Shown here in pieces: positions 13,625-27,351 of a stretch of DNA of 64,000 nucleotides. Origin of the DNA: Octopus sinensis. Taxonomy: Eukaryota. The stretch is taken from assembly GCF_006345805.1 (NCBI RefSeq), contig NC_043008.1, forward strand, positions 30,442,001 to 30,506,000. The letters run 5' to 3'. Below the pieces are notes generated by a model, which did not search any database, was not told the origin of the DNA, and saw only the letters and a list, made by a program, of their open reading frames with translations. Made by a program: the position numbers and the translations under genes. Each line of letters opens with the position of its first letter. Positions within the stretch are counted from its first letter, which is position 1.

Positions 13625-14683
13625 TTGTAATATATTATGTACTTTAGACAATACATTTTTAATATTCACTTCCATGTTCTTAGGATAAAGTGTCATTTGG
13701 TCGTTCAGTTGTTATGTCAAGCACGTTGGCTAGTTAAGTAGAAGTTCCTTTGTTTCCGTTATAGGTCCGTGGGTTATGGTATTTTTATGGTTACAACAGA
13801 TTTAGTGAAGTTAGACATGCACATAGATCAATAATGTTACCTCCATGCTTATATATGGTGGTGTTCTTGCTAGCGCGGACGAATTAGATTAATAATCCCT
13901 TCTAAAGTAGTACTCAAGGGTTTAGTCGATAACACCGACCCTAGTACTTCAGTGGTACTTATTTTATCAAACGTCGAAAGGATGAAAAGCAAAGACCTAC
14001 TGCTGTGTGTGTGTGTGTGTTCGTGTCTCTGTATTTTATACCAATCTATGTTCAATAAGTGAGGCAGGATTTTTTTAGTTTGCTATTGCAAACTATTATG
14101 TTGATTCTTTTTTGTGGAGAGTAGGTTAACTTTGTTTCTTAATTGTGTCTGTGGTTTATCGTGATGCCACAGATAGATATATAGATAGTGCGTGTTGGAT
14201 TTTCCTAAATTGGATAATTGACATTCATTTCAATGATTTCTGTTCAACATTAAAAACTGTTTTTCTGCGGTTTCTGTGCAACTGCAGCAAATTCGAAACA
14301 AATTTGAATGCATTTATGTTTAACTGTATTGTGCTGTGACGATATTAGACACGGGTAGCAAAATTGTGTAATCCATTATCTACTTGATGTATTGCGTACG
14401 TACATGTGCTTTCTGTGTGCCAACGAAACATGATAGGTTTGAGTGCTTTCATTTGGTCTCTGCGTCATATATTTATCTTTATTATGCCAGCAATGCATGG
14501 ATAGTGTATTATTTAATGGTAATTATAATGGTAATATTATTTTATGGTAATTAGTTTACAACTTTCAAAGGTGTTGCATTTAGTCTATTATTTGTATAAA
14601 CTGTACATGTGGAGGAGTGCTAGAGCAGTTTAACAGTCATTTCTGGGAAATCGTAGAACTGTGAAATTGTGGTGTTTTCAGCA

Positions 14684-14787
14684 TATAAATAGGTGAATCT
14701 AATCTATGATGGATGGTCGAGCGAAATGACTGAAGGGAAACAAAGGTGTGTGACTAATACGTAGCTTTAAGGAGAGAGTAGGTAAGT
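14684..14787 (+). promoter_or_regulatory. Possible TATA box followed by a short non-coding exon ending in a consensus donor
   Basis: TATAAATAG at 14684-14692; AG|GTAAGT at 14781/14782; the last 57 bp are duplicated at 11631-11687. No transcript evidence. Confidence 0.2.
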
Positions 14788-15707
14788 CTTTCTGGAAGCT
14801 ACAGTTCCTAGCTTAGGTTTCATAACCTTAGACAGCTCGTTAGCCATCGTTTCATTTTGTTTATTCAGGACGCACTGAGTATTTACTTCATATATAGGTA
14901 CTAAAGAACAATTACTTACTAAATATTGTAGTATGTGAGAAAGTATATGTTGAGCTAGTTTTTGTTTCTTTTTGCTGTAGTTTAGATGGTTACACTTTTT
15001 GTAAGTCTCTGATTAAATATAGGAACTAGAACAGAGTTATATGTTCGAAAATATATACCGTATGTAGGTTATGTCAAAAGATTATTTCTATATTTCATGG
15101 ATTTCCAGAATTTAATTCCAAAGTTTTATCTTTTTTTGTTATGTAATTCATATAATTTTACTTAGTTTCTGGCGATTAGGCACTGTTATCTCAACTACTT
15201 ATGTCCTGCCTCTTCAAAATATATCGTGTATAGATGAAGGTCTTGTGCGACGCACAGCAGATATTCTACTCATAATTTTCCAAGTAATAAGGAAGTAGCC
15301 TCCTCAAAAGTTCTCCGGTCTACATATGTACAATTCTTATTCTATTTTCATATAAATGGAGGGAGGTTATATTGTTAAATTGAGAGCAGATTGTGCCAAT
15401 CAAAGACGTAAAATTGTTGTGGAATGAATAGGATGTACACACGATCTAAAGATACCAACATGGAGACCGCAGAGCGAAGGTGAGAAAATTTCGAAATAAC
15501 AAATATGAAATTTGTAAACGTCAGACAACACCCAACAAAACAAGCACCAAACGCTATACAAAGAATTACAACAATCTCTGACTTAAGATACAAAGTTGTT
15601 TATAATATACTTTCAACGGGTACTTATTTTATCGACCTCGTTAGGATGAAAGGTATTGTCTACCTCACCGGAATCTGAACTCATTACGTAAAGACAGACG
15701 GAATACC

Positions 15708-15939
15708 TATTTCTTTACTGCCCACAAGGGGCTACACACAGAGGGGACAAACAAGGACAGACAAACGGATTAAGTCGATTATATCGACCCCAGTGCGTAA
15801 CTGGTACTTAATTTATCGACCCCGAAAGGATGAAAGAGAAAGTCGACCTCGGCGGAATTTGAACTCAGAACGTAACGGCAGACAAAATACCACTAATCAT
15901 TTCGCCGGGCATGCTAACTGTTCTGTCAGTTCCCACCTT
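15708..15939 (-). mobile_element. tRNA-derived SINE (family A)
   Basis: Reverse complement of ..gttctgagttcaaattccgccgaggtcgacttt..ctttcatcctttcggggtcgataaattaagtaccag..gcactggggtcgatataatcgacttaatc; a partial copy lies just upstream at about 15605-15705. Confidence 0.88.
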
Positions 15940-18063
15940 TCTTGATAGAAATATTAATTAAAGAAATATTTGAATACAAATTCGAACTTGTATTGCACAC
16001 TCAGGTCTCTAGTAGTAGACATCAATTTTACACCACTATCAAATGATGACTTTATAGTAAAATCTAAAATATATTTCATTTGTATGTGTCTGAAAGAAAT
16101 CTATATCATTTGGTAAATCGATTTGGTCTTTTCATTTTATGTAATATTAGTAATATATTCGAAGCTTTGTTTCATATAACGCGGCTCGTAAAAGATATCT
16201 TATTGCTTTCAGTAAATTGCTGTAGGTTGTAATATAAATTTGTATAAAGAAAAAAAAACGAATTTATGCATATTCGCAGTCTCCAGTAATAAAAACAAAT
16301 GGTACTGGACGATAGTATATTAATTCATATATTTAAACTTCCATTCTGAACTAAAACCTTGAAAAGCTATAAGTACAAAATAGAAGTGTTGTTTATTTTT
16401 AATGATTTATTATGTATTCATTTGTGGTATGTTATCCATAAAATACAAGTTGGCTTTTAATTTGACTTAAAAACTTAACTGTGAAATATAAACCATTATT
16501 CTCTCAACTTAGCACCGTCCCATCCGGTACTGAACAATATATTATTTATTACTTTATTTTGAGAAATTGCGGGACAATATGCGTAAAGATCTGCATGTAA
16601 ACGATTTATCTACCAGTGTATATTATGAACATATACACAATCAGACCATACAGAAATCGGACAGTAAAATATACCAGAAAAACACAAATTCTAGTAAAGC
16701 AAAACAATCTAATGCATTTGGTACTCCAGTCTGTTGTTCTCTGTAAATTCCTCCTACGTCCTATGTGATTTTTAGATATTGACACGAAAACTAATAAAAA
16801 ATTTTTTTATCAAGGCTGAATCTTTATAAAGTCAATTGCTACACATTACCACTTTATGTATTAATCAATTATTATTTATTCCTACATAGGGTATTATTCA
16901 TTGATTATATTTTTTACCCCTAATTATATTTTTATTATTTTTGTTTCATGAAAAGGTCAGCAAGGTCAGATTTTAAGGTTAGCTTATAATCGATTAAGTT
17001 CTTTTGTAAGCACATTTCATCGAATATTGCAGCATTTAAAGTAGAAACTCAGAAACAAAATTCAATACACTAATTCATTTTTTCTATGTTCTTTCCTTTC
17101 TTCGTCTTCTTTTTTTTCGGTAATTCTCTTTCTGCCAACGTTTTAGGCTTCTACTATAAATCAGATGTTATTCCTTGATCTAAACATTATTCAGACACAA
17201 TACACAATATTTTGCATTGGAAAAATGAGTAGACTGGTTTCGATTTAATAATGTGTGTAGGATATATTTCTACAAGTTATGATATGCAATGGCCATATCT
17301 TGAAACTTTCAATATACTTGATAAACGTCTCTTCCTAGGACATTGACGATTTAATTATGTGAAGTGGTGATAATAATGAATTATGGTTGGGTCCTTTACA
17401 CGGCTCATTTAGAGCATTACAATTATTAATATGGTATTACCTTTCCAGTGAAATGAATTTCAAATCTTCCTTTATTATACAGCTACACAATGATATAAGC
17501 TATTAAAGAGAATGTGTTGTTAAGGAATTCCCAGATTATTAGTGCTACAAGGAAATAAACTAGCAAAACCTGAGAATCGAAACCAAATTTCTGAATTGCC
17601 ACAATGAATACTACGTCAAATCAAGGAAGCCTGCCACTCATTGTAATAATTATAGATAAAACAGGTTTGACTTGACAGCTGTCAATAGAACTTTGTGTTA
17701 CTTCTACAATTCATATTACCAGCATGATATCATTTGAAAGTTATCTATGGTTAATTAAATTTTAGGGACTATTAGAATTCAATTAATTTCGCAATTTGTT
17801 TTGTTTTTGTCAGGCAAATGATAACTCGAATGACATATTAAAACATTGGGAAAGAATATACTCCTCCAAATTGAAAGCTTTAAAAATGTTTCTGACATTT
17901 GCACAGATTTAATAGACAGGGAAAATTATAGTGTATGACATTCATCCATTTCTGTGAGCAGCTTTTGGTTCTGTTTAGCCCCAGGTTAATAAGTGAACAC
18001 ACTTATGATCAAATATATTCTTGCTATATTCATTCCATCTTTTATTTAAGTAGATTGCATTGT

Positions 18064-18488
18064 GGGATCTTTTCGGTTTGAACGGCAGTTTTTAACATGA
18101 TTTCTAGGTAACTAAAAAAAATTAAACTTCGTATACTGGTAGAATGTGTTTATAAAACATATTTTTCTCTTGGCTTTATTGTGAAAATTCTATAGTTTGT
18201 AAGATATTTGTTGTTTTTTCTTCAATTTCTGCAATTTCAACTAATCACTGACGTCTATTGAGGTAAAAGCATTCTGTGCCGTATGAGTATGTCCCTCGTT
18301 TAAGAAACAGTTTGGGTTAATTTACATTTGTGAAGAAAAAAAGAAGCCCTTCCCCCACCCCTAACCCTAACTAACCCTAACCCTAAAACAGATTGAAATG
18401 CAATAGATCGATACTAAGGTCATAATTATGGGTGAAAATTTCATATGACACCGCTAGAAAAAACTGCCGTTCAAAGCGAAAAGATCCG
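18064..18488. mobile_element. MITE-like element with approx. 30-bp TIRs and internal (CCCTAA)n
   Basis: gggatcttttcggtttgaacggcagttttt ... aaaaactgccgttcaaagcgaaaagatccg; ccctaa repeats at 18358-18386. Confidence 0.75.
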
Positions 18489-19010
18489 CATTGCGTATTA
18501 CACACTCAAATGCACCTCACTTTTAGGATTGTAAGATGATAGCTGAGAGAGACGCCGCTGCCATTTCTAAGCAGGTTGTGATTCCGTGTAGACGCTTACT
18601 CGAATGGCCTATATTGAGATACAAGTCGATACATTTGAACGGCAAAAGCAAGAAAAATTTAAGATGTGGGATTGTCTTCCGTGAGATAAATATTATATTT
18701 ATAACTGTCTATATTGAGAAAGTTAAACCAATGTACAAAATATTTTTTGGCCTACGTTAAAGCAAAAATGATAATTAAGGATGAAATGTAGCGAGGCAAG
18801 CCAAAACTGAGAAACAATGAATATTTTTTCATGGTGTACAATAAGATATTGACATTTTGATGACTTATAGCAAGCCAAAATCACTTCTGGTGGGTCTAGA
18901 ATGATACAAATTTAAGATTTAGGATGGATAAATGACAAAATCATTGAAGACATCCTGCGATAAGTAAAAATAGATAATTTATAATCAGTGTAGCAATATC
19001 TATAATCTAT

Positions 19011-19195
19011 AAGGCGGTGAGCTGGCCAAAACGTTAGCACGCCGGGAAAAATGCTTAGCAGTATTTCATCTGTCTTTACGTTTCGAGTTCAAATTCCGCC
19101 GAGGTCAACTTTGCTTTTCATCCTTTTGGTGTCGATAAATTAAGTATCAGTTGTGTACTGGGCCCCTCCCCCAAAATTTCGGGCCTAGAGTAAAA
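19011..19195 (+). mobile_element. tRNA-derived SINE (family A)
   Basis: aaggcggtgagctggcc..gagttcaaattccgccgaggtcaactttgcttttcatcc. Further copies at about 5885-6120 (+), 11037-11248 (+), 13895-14000 (-), 20325-20450 (+), 56276-56445 (+), 58735-58918 (-) and 59740-59890 (-). Confidence 0.85.
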
Positions 19196-20466
19196 TAGAA
19201 TATTTACAATCCATAGTGAGGCTAGATGAACTAGGATAGCCTACAGTTAAAATATTGATAAAGAATAGCCCTTATTTAAGCAAATTTAATGTTCGGTATG
19301 ATATATCCTTAAACAAATAGATACTTGATAAAACTTATAGGGTCAAAAAATATATTTAACATTTGTTGTAGAACGACAAATTATACATTTATGAAGTAGT
19401 GCAATGGGGCATATGAAACATTTAATATTTTCATCAATAAGGCAATATATACATTCGTATTGGTAGATAAAACAAAAACAAGCAATTCCATGTACCACAG
19501 AGAACGAAAATGTACGTTTACGATGGCTTAAAATGAGCTAAAATGAATACTAAGATGGACTTCAGTGAATTGTAATTAAAATTTATGGTATGACCATTCT
19601 GGAGCCAAAGTACAATTTTAGTAACGCCTACAGGAAGGACAAAAAATTACTTTTCTTGTCAATAGTTAGAGGAGAGGTAAGATGATATATGCAAAAAGAA
19701 GATAATCTGAATGGCCTAGACTGGAATACAATGTTTACTCAGGATGACCAATAGGGAAACAATATGAATATTAAAACAAGGTGACACACATTAAATATTT
19801 GGGACTGTCTATAATTAGACAAATTATACATTTAGCATTGGGCATAACGTTACGATTAAGCGTTTAGCTTCGCGTATATTCAGAGAGAAAAAAACGTATC
19901 TGGGTTGTCCGTTAGCGAGACATGATTAATCTTAAGAAAGACATAATATATAGCTTTAGTGAGTCTAAATAAACAATTATTCTAGCATATGATGGGACAT
20001 TCTGTGCTATATAGAGTGCCAGAAATTAGAATTTAGAACAGCGTGTAGATAGGGAGAATAAATATTTAAGCTATCCTGTTGTGGTGCAAAATCATCTTAT
20101 ATTGGGGCTCTTAATGCAAAAGTACTATTCTTCAAAAGTGCCCTGTAGTGAAAGAAAATAAACCTTTTTTTGCGAGCCGTAGAGAGCAAAATTCGAATTT
20201 TGGCATGTTCTATAGTTAGATATAATAAATATGTATATGATGGCTTCCTGAAATTAAATATATGACTTGATAGGTTATAATAGACAAAACAAATATTTAT
20301 CTGGCTTATATAGGATCACCTACAGAGAGGTCGACTTTGGCTTTCATCCTTTCGCTGTCGATAAAATATGTATCAGTTGAACACTGGAGTCATTGTAATC
20401 GATTTACACACTCCCTTGAAATTGCTGGCCTTGTGCCAAGATTTGGAATCAATATATGTAAATGTA

Positions 20467-20682
20467 CAGTAATCCCTCGCCATATCGCGGTTCACTTATC
20501 GCGGTTTATTATTTAAGCTTACGTCGATTCCTCCGTGGTGCTGTTTTGCATTCATAATTATATAAATATATACAAATTAGAAAGATAATACAAAAAATAT
20601 ACAGTAGTGTTTCTACTTCGCGGATTTTCGCTTATCGCTGGGGTTTTGGAACGTAACGCCCCCGATAGTCGAGGGATTACTG
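20467..20682. mobile_element. Tigger/pogo-like MITE (216 bp)
   Basis: TA|CAGTAATCCCTCG ... CGAGGGATTACTG|TA: perfect 13-bp TIRs with TA flanks. Confidence 0.85.
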
Positions 20683-21740
20683 TATATATAAATATATGTA
20701 TAAACGTCACATTTCTTTCAGTTTCGATCGACCCAATTCACTCACAAGGATATGATAGGTCCAGGAAAATAATATAAGACACTGGGGATGCTAACCATGC
20801 GGTTACGAAGCAAAGTACTTACCACACAATCACACCTATACATATTTAAGCTTCTTTAGATTGATATTCAGATAAAAGTAAGCATTTAAACTGGATTATA
20901 GCGGAATGAAATAAATATATTGGATGACTTAGAGTGCGACAAAATATATATTTAACTCGACAAAAAAATGAGACACTATATACTTTTATGATAGCTTATA
21001 GTCAGTAAGTGAAAGCACATATTTATTTAGATGTCCAATAGTGAAACAAATATAGTGACCACTTTGCATGGTATTTTATGAATTTGCTCACTTCTATTTT
21101 ATTCATCTCTTACTCCTTACAAATCGCTATCTAATTCATTAGTTCGTTTTAATCTTTATCTTGTTTGATATTTTTATAAAATTTGATCTCCCAGTGCATT
21201 GTTTTTCTTGTTATTTCATTCTCTATCTTCGTTCGTATTTTCATATTCTAGTCTTCTTTAAAGTTATCCACTTCTACATTCGATCACTTATAACTGAATC
21301 AACAACACGCAATTTAAATAATTGCTCGATCAGCTAAGAATAGCTATCTGCCTCCCATCTTAGCGTCTGAATCGGACAAAGTTCAAATTTACCTTTTAGA
21401 CCCTGATATAGGAATAAATGAAGAAACCATTTGATAATTTTAATCAAAACAAACCTGGGGCGGAAGCAATTATTTAGATATCTTCTAATTTGATTCTATT
21501 CATTCCATTTTGCTAGGGTTTCTTCGTTTTTTGAATATTTGCATATTTCTAATTAATACGTCTAGGCAAGTTCAGATACAAAACATACTACATCGTCTGT
21601 AGTATAGGAGAATAACACCTCTTTTTTACGAGGACAGTATGTTCAACACATTTGGTTCATTGGCGCACAGGTTTCTGGAAGTTTGGACATGTGCCTCGTC
21701 AGTTAGGCTTTTAAGGCGAAGCCAAGACGTTGGCGTTATA

Positions 21741-21958
21741 AGGCGGCGTTATATAGCACGCCAGACGAAATGTTTAGCGGTATCTTGTTTGCCGTTACGT
21801 TCTGAGTTTAAATTCCGCCGAGGTCGACTTTGCCTTTCATCCTTTCGGGGTCAATTAAATCAGTACCAGTTACGCACTGGGGTCGATATAATCGACTTAA
21901 TCTGTTTGTCCTTGTTTGCCCCTCTGTATGTAGCCCCTTGTAGGCACTAAAGAAATAA
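21741..21958 (+). mobile_element. tRNA-derived SINE (family A)
   Basis: Near-identical to the 15708-15939 copy in opposite orientation, including the gtttgtccttgtttg..ccccttgt..taaagaaata tail. Confidence 0.88.
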
Positions 21959-22126
21959 GAAGCTGGCGTTATTGGCTTTATTTATTCTTTCCAGCAAATG
22001 AATGGTTTGCTAATTGTCGCCATCTGCCAACTTTTCCCTACTAATATTCTTTTACCCATCTTATCTTGATATTACCTTCTTCTTCTTCTTCTTCTTCTTC
22101 TTCTCTTCTTCTTCTTCTTCTTATTC

Positions 22127-22182
<56 letters not shown>

Positions 22183-22563
22183 CCTCCTTTTATTATCCTC
22201 ATTTTGCTTGCTTCCTTGTTCGTTTCTGCTTTGCTGTTTTTCTTATCATTTTTGTAATTGGTCTTCAAATTCCTCTTTCTTTTCTCCATATAATCTCTTT
22301 TATACGTTATACTGTTTTTTATTCTCCATATTTATATATTCTTCTCTTTTCCTGCATTTCCAACGCCATTTTCTCTGTCTCCTCTTCTCTTCCTCATTTT
22401 CTTCTTCATTTTATCCTCTTCTCCTTCCTCCACTACGTCAACAAATTCACAAACAAAATCAACTACATATATATTTTCATTTTGTTATATCCTAATATCT
22501 ATCTTCATTTCATCAACATTTTCTTCTTCATTTTAAGCTTTCTCTTCTTTTGCTGCTTCCACA

Positions 22564-22637
<74 letters not shown>

Positions 22638-23054
22638 GCCGTAGATCTTGTAGCCACTGTTGCTTTGGTTGGTCATAGAGGTCTCTATCTGAAGCTGTAA
22701 TCTAATAAAGACACAATGTTGATATATAATGAAGCTTTATGCTCGAACATACTGAACCTTGCTACCACAGTAACAAATGCATTGTGCATTCCCTCTCACG
22801 TTCTCTGCCTCTCCCCTATATACATACTTATATATATATATATATATATATGTGCATACATACATACATACGCTAGTACACAAACATGAGCATATTCATA
22901 TCCGTAGAGGGACTGCTAGAAATAGCAAACATCAATATGATGTGTCTCAATCAATGCTGTTCAGTTTGGTACACAATAAATGATATAAACTTCAATGAGT
23001 GTGTACAACATACACACAAAATATATAGTTAATTTATATTAACAGATACTTATC

Positions 23055-23105
<51 letters not shown>

Positions 23106-23416
23106 CATATATATCAATAATACAGTGATTGTTTCTTATCAGGAACAAAAGGTTTAATAGGACTGCTATAGAAGTGCTCAAATAAATAAGAGAAATATAT
23201 TAAACTATGGTTGCAGAACAAACAAATACAAGGTCATCCGCGTAACATTTCATATTTCGAACATTTAATCATAGAATATACATGTGTAACATATATATAT
23301 ACATCTAATATAGGATAAAAATTTTCGAAAAAAGTTTTATCAATGGCCAGCATATTAAAAAATACCTTTAAAGGATAAATTTATAAATAACTTATAAAAT
23401 GACAGATTTTATAAGG

Positions 23417-23457
<41 letters not shown>

Positions 23458-23719
23458 GTAGAGAGTAATGTAAAACATTGGCCATATCAATGGCCAAACA
23501 TATCATAAAATATAAAAAAGAAGAACGTTTATAATTGTGAACAAGTCACAATTATCACTAAAAGAGTTTAAAAAACCCTTACATGTTAAAAATACCAGCC
23601 AAACAGCTATAAAATCCAGTATATTACTGGTATTATTCCTCCTCACTATAAATATATATATTTATACGTATATGTATGTGTGTGTGCATGTGTGTATGCA
23701 TGTACATATATATACATAC

Positions 23720-23759
<40 letters not shown>

Positions 23760-23792
23760 ATAATTTATGTAAGTTAAAGTATGTGTGTGAAA

Positions 23793-24122
23793 GCGCATGG
23801 CTCAGTGGTTAGAGCATCGAGCTTACGATCGTGAGGTTGTGAGTTCGATTCCTGGACCGGGCTGCGTGTGGTGTTCTTGAGCAAGACACTTTATTTCACG
23901 TTGCTCCAGTTAAATCAGCTGTAGAAATGAGTTGCGACATCACAGGCGCCAAGCGGTAGTAGCCTTTGCCTTTCCCTTGGATAACACTGGGAGCATGGGG
24001 AGGGGAGGCAGGTATGCATGGGCAACTGCTAGTCTTCCATAAACAACCTTGCCCGGACTTGTGCCTAGGAGGATAACTTTCTAGGTGCAATCCCATGGTC
24101 ATTCATGATCGAAGGGAATCTC
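23793..24122 (+). mobile_element. tRNA-derived SINE (family C) with A/B boxes and CORE-like domain
   Basis: tggctcagtggttagagc (A box), gttcgattcc (B box), then gtgttcttgagcaagacactttatttcacgttgctc; head shared with 32818-33137. Confidence 0.85.
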
Positions 24123-25496
24123 CCCAATTTAAAGTGTGTGTAAATGTGTAAGTTATTATATATTTCAATAGTGAGTTTACAGGATCGGTGATCGCAGATT
24201 TCCATGAAGCTAATTACTGGTTCACATTCTTGGTGTTAGAATTATAATAGAATATTTACAACACGGGGCACAACATTCATCCTGTATTATTCCTTCGAAC
24301 ACCACTGGTCGTCTACTATACTTGCTGGTTTTCATAATCTTAAGAGAAATTCCTGAATGAAAGATCACATGCACAGAGACACACATAAAGATACGCTTAG
24401 TTGTGGGTGAGTGTATAACATTTTCATACATAATATATGAAATAATTACAGTCTCACTGCATGGCACCTTGGGTGAGTATCTTTGGGCCGACCAAAGCGG
24501 AGTGAGTCAATCTGGTAGACGGAAACTGAAAGAGGCCTGTTGTATGTACAGATTATATGAATAGGGATCAAGTCTAAGCTTACCGCTACCAGAAAAACCT
24601 GCAACCGCCTTATCTAACTTCTTACATTGGAAGGTTTTGATTTAGGCTTTGTGCTGTATATGAAACACGTCCCCACCAGGGGATTAGTTGATTTCAAGCG
24701 CCGCTACCGGACTCGCACAAATTCATTTTCAAATCGAGCATTTGGACTCTCCTCCTCCCTAACTATATACATAGACAACCACAAAGCCCGAAAAATTCCT
24801 TATACCTTATCCTAGCCCTTTGTTTCAGAGTCTTCCTTGTACAACATTAACCACTGAGTTTCTATTGTTCAAAGAAATTGCTCGCTACCCTTCGCCACCA
24901 TTACTTCTCATTACTTCATAGATTCTCTGATGTAATCTTTTCATGTAGGCACAAATTTTTCTCCACTTTTACTCGTAAAAGTTTCTATAAAGCCTCCTAA
25001 TTATGACTGACCCCTAAATTATCCCTTAGCTACGCTGGCAGTAAATTCCCTCACTCTCTCTTTCTATCTCTTATCCCAGCATATCTTCTACCGCTGCTAT
25101 CCCACCCTTATGAACTCTTTCCTTCCCTCTTCCTGTCTTTCTCATGAACTCTTTCCCTGCCTCCTCCTGTCTTTCTCTGTAACCAGCTCCCATCCTCAAT
25201 TAATTCGAAGTCTGCTTTTCTCTATCTACATCCTTATCTCTGCAGCCTAATCTCCGCTACGCCCACTCCATTCCTTTATGACATTGCTTGTCTCTTCTTA
25301 CCTCTATTCACGACGGGCTTCTTGCAGTTTCTCTCTACTAAATCTACTAACAAAGCTTTGATCGGCCCATAGCTATAGTAGAAGACATTTGCCCAAATGT
25401 TACGCAGTGGGACAGAATCCGGAACCATGTGGTTGGGAAGCAAGATCCTTACCTAACAGTCGCGCCTGCGGCTATGTATGTATGCGAATAATATGC

Positions 25497-25551
<55 letters not shown>

Positions 25552-26269
25552 GTAAAGATGTGGAGATTTGAAGGGAGAAAGAAATGCTCGTGCATACATT
25601 TGTATACATTTGAAATCAATGTGAAAGTGAACGTTAATTGTTATCTGCTGCGAAATACATCTTAGGTCTAAAATGCATAAATTTACACCTGTGTCTATAA
25701 GTCTCCCATCTGAATTTCCTTTATTACTCAACACTAGAGAAATATTTTGTAAAAGCATTGCTCTTCCGGCAAAAATATCTCCTTTCAATTCACATTCTGT
25801 ATATTCATTAACTATAACAATGAATGCTTGATTTCCCTAAAATTTGGAATATGATTTTGTCCTGTAGTTCTATTGTTCTAATGTAAATTGGAATGATGGG
25901 AATTCACTTCTGATTGATAAACAGCATCTTGCTTGAAAAGTAAAAATAAAAAGACGGTGATGAAAGAAGGAAAGAAAGAAGCCTAGTTTCCAGGTTGATA
26001 TTAGGATAAACTACTGAACATCGTCCAATATTAGAAATTTGTATTGAAATATACGAATCCTATTTAGCTTTTCCAATTTCCATGCAGATTTTATATAGGA
26101 AAATATATATCAATAAAATTGCTAGTAAAAATATTAATGATAACAATGATAATGAAAATAATGATAGTATTACTGTTGCTAATTATAATAAACTTTTGAT
26201 ATTGATTATTAAAACTATTGTCATTCTTATGCATGCTCTTTATTCTGTAATTATTTTGTTTCAGTCATT

Positions 26270-26475
26270 TGACTGTGGCCATGATGAACCACCGCCTTTT
26301 AGTCGAAGAAATCGACCAAAAGACTCATTCTTTGTAAGCCTAGTACTTATTCTATCGGTCTTTTTTTCCGAACCGCTAAATTATGAGAGCGTAAACACAC
26401 CAGCATCGGTTGTCAAGCGATGGTAGGAGACGGACACAGACAAACAATCATACACGCACAAACACACATATACAT

Positions 26476-26506
<31 letters not shown>

Positions 26507-26514
26507 ATATATAT

Positions 26515-26552
<38 letters not shown>

Positions 26553-26706
26553 CGACGGGCTTCTTTCAAATCTTCTACCATATCCACTCACAAGTCTTTG
26601 GTCGTCCCGAGACTATAGTAGAAGGCGCTTGCTCAACGTGCAACGCAGTTAGACTGAACCCCAAACCATGTGGTTGGTAAGCAAGATGCTTACCACACAG
26701 CCACCC
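26270..26706 (-). mobile_element. Full-length CORE-type octopus SINE (family B) with internal (TA)n/(TG)n
   Basis: Minus strand: gtggctgtgtggtaag..cttgcttaccaaccacatgg..ttctactatag..gaaagaagcccgtcgtata..cgcttgacaaccgatgctggtgtg..gaataagtactaggc..catggccacagtcaaatgactgaaac. Partial copies at about 20715-20835, 24455-24545, 25350-25468, 26805-27000, 47125-47280, 50265-50460, 50915-51115, 57750-57955 and 63872-63990. Confidence 0.85.
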
Positions 26707-27099
26707 CTGTGTCTATAAATGTATATATTTATGTATGTATTTATGTAAGTATGTATGTATACATACATAAATCCATGTGCGTGTCCATTTGTGCCAGCTT
26801 TTGTCCCCCCATCACCGGTTGACAATCGTTGTTGGTGTGTTTACGTCACCGTAGCGTAGCAGTTCGGCCTAAGAAGCGAGTAGAATAAGTACTAGGCTTT
26901 AAAAAATCAGTTCTAAGTCAATTTGTTCGACTAAAATACTTCCAGGTAGTTTCTAGCATGGCCCTATTCAAATGACTTAATCAAATAAGAGAATAAAAGA
27001 ATATGTCAGTACAAGTCTGTGTGTGTGCGCCCGCGATATCTAAATTCACTGTGATTAGACCCAAAGGATTTAGCATTCCCCCGCGTTTGTAAATTAAGT

Positions 27100-27133
<34 letters not shown>

Positions 27134-27136
27134 GGG

Positions 27137-27351
27137 CTACATACAAAATTTAGAGGACTGAACACTAAAAGTGGACAGCCTATATACTAAACTACTAAAC
27201 ATAGACGTCAAATCTCCATTACCACAAAGAATGTGTTCTCAAGAAAAATCTCAGCAATAAACCAATCTTCGTGGTAATGGCGATTTGACGTCTATGTTTA
27301 GCAAATAGGTTGTTCATTTTTAGGGGTCAGTCCTCTAAATTTTGTATGTAG
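27137..27351. mobile_element. Foldback MITE (approx. 215 bp) with long imperfect TIRs
   Basis: ctacatacaaaatttagaggactga...ctaaacatagacgtcaaatctccattaccac mirrored by gtggtaatggcgatttgacgtctatgtttag...tcagtcctctaaattttgtatgtag. Confidence 0.8.

Noticed and set aside
22014-22700. 228-aa hydrophobic ORF resembling a membrane protein
   Set aside because: It is built from (TTC)n, (TTA)n and (CTA)n tracts and pyrimidine-rich low-complexity DNA.
23793-23865. tRNA-like sequence with A and B boxes
   Set aside because: It continues directly into a SINE body and does not form a full cloverleaf acceptor stem; it is a SINE head, not a tRNA gene.
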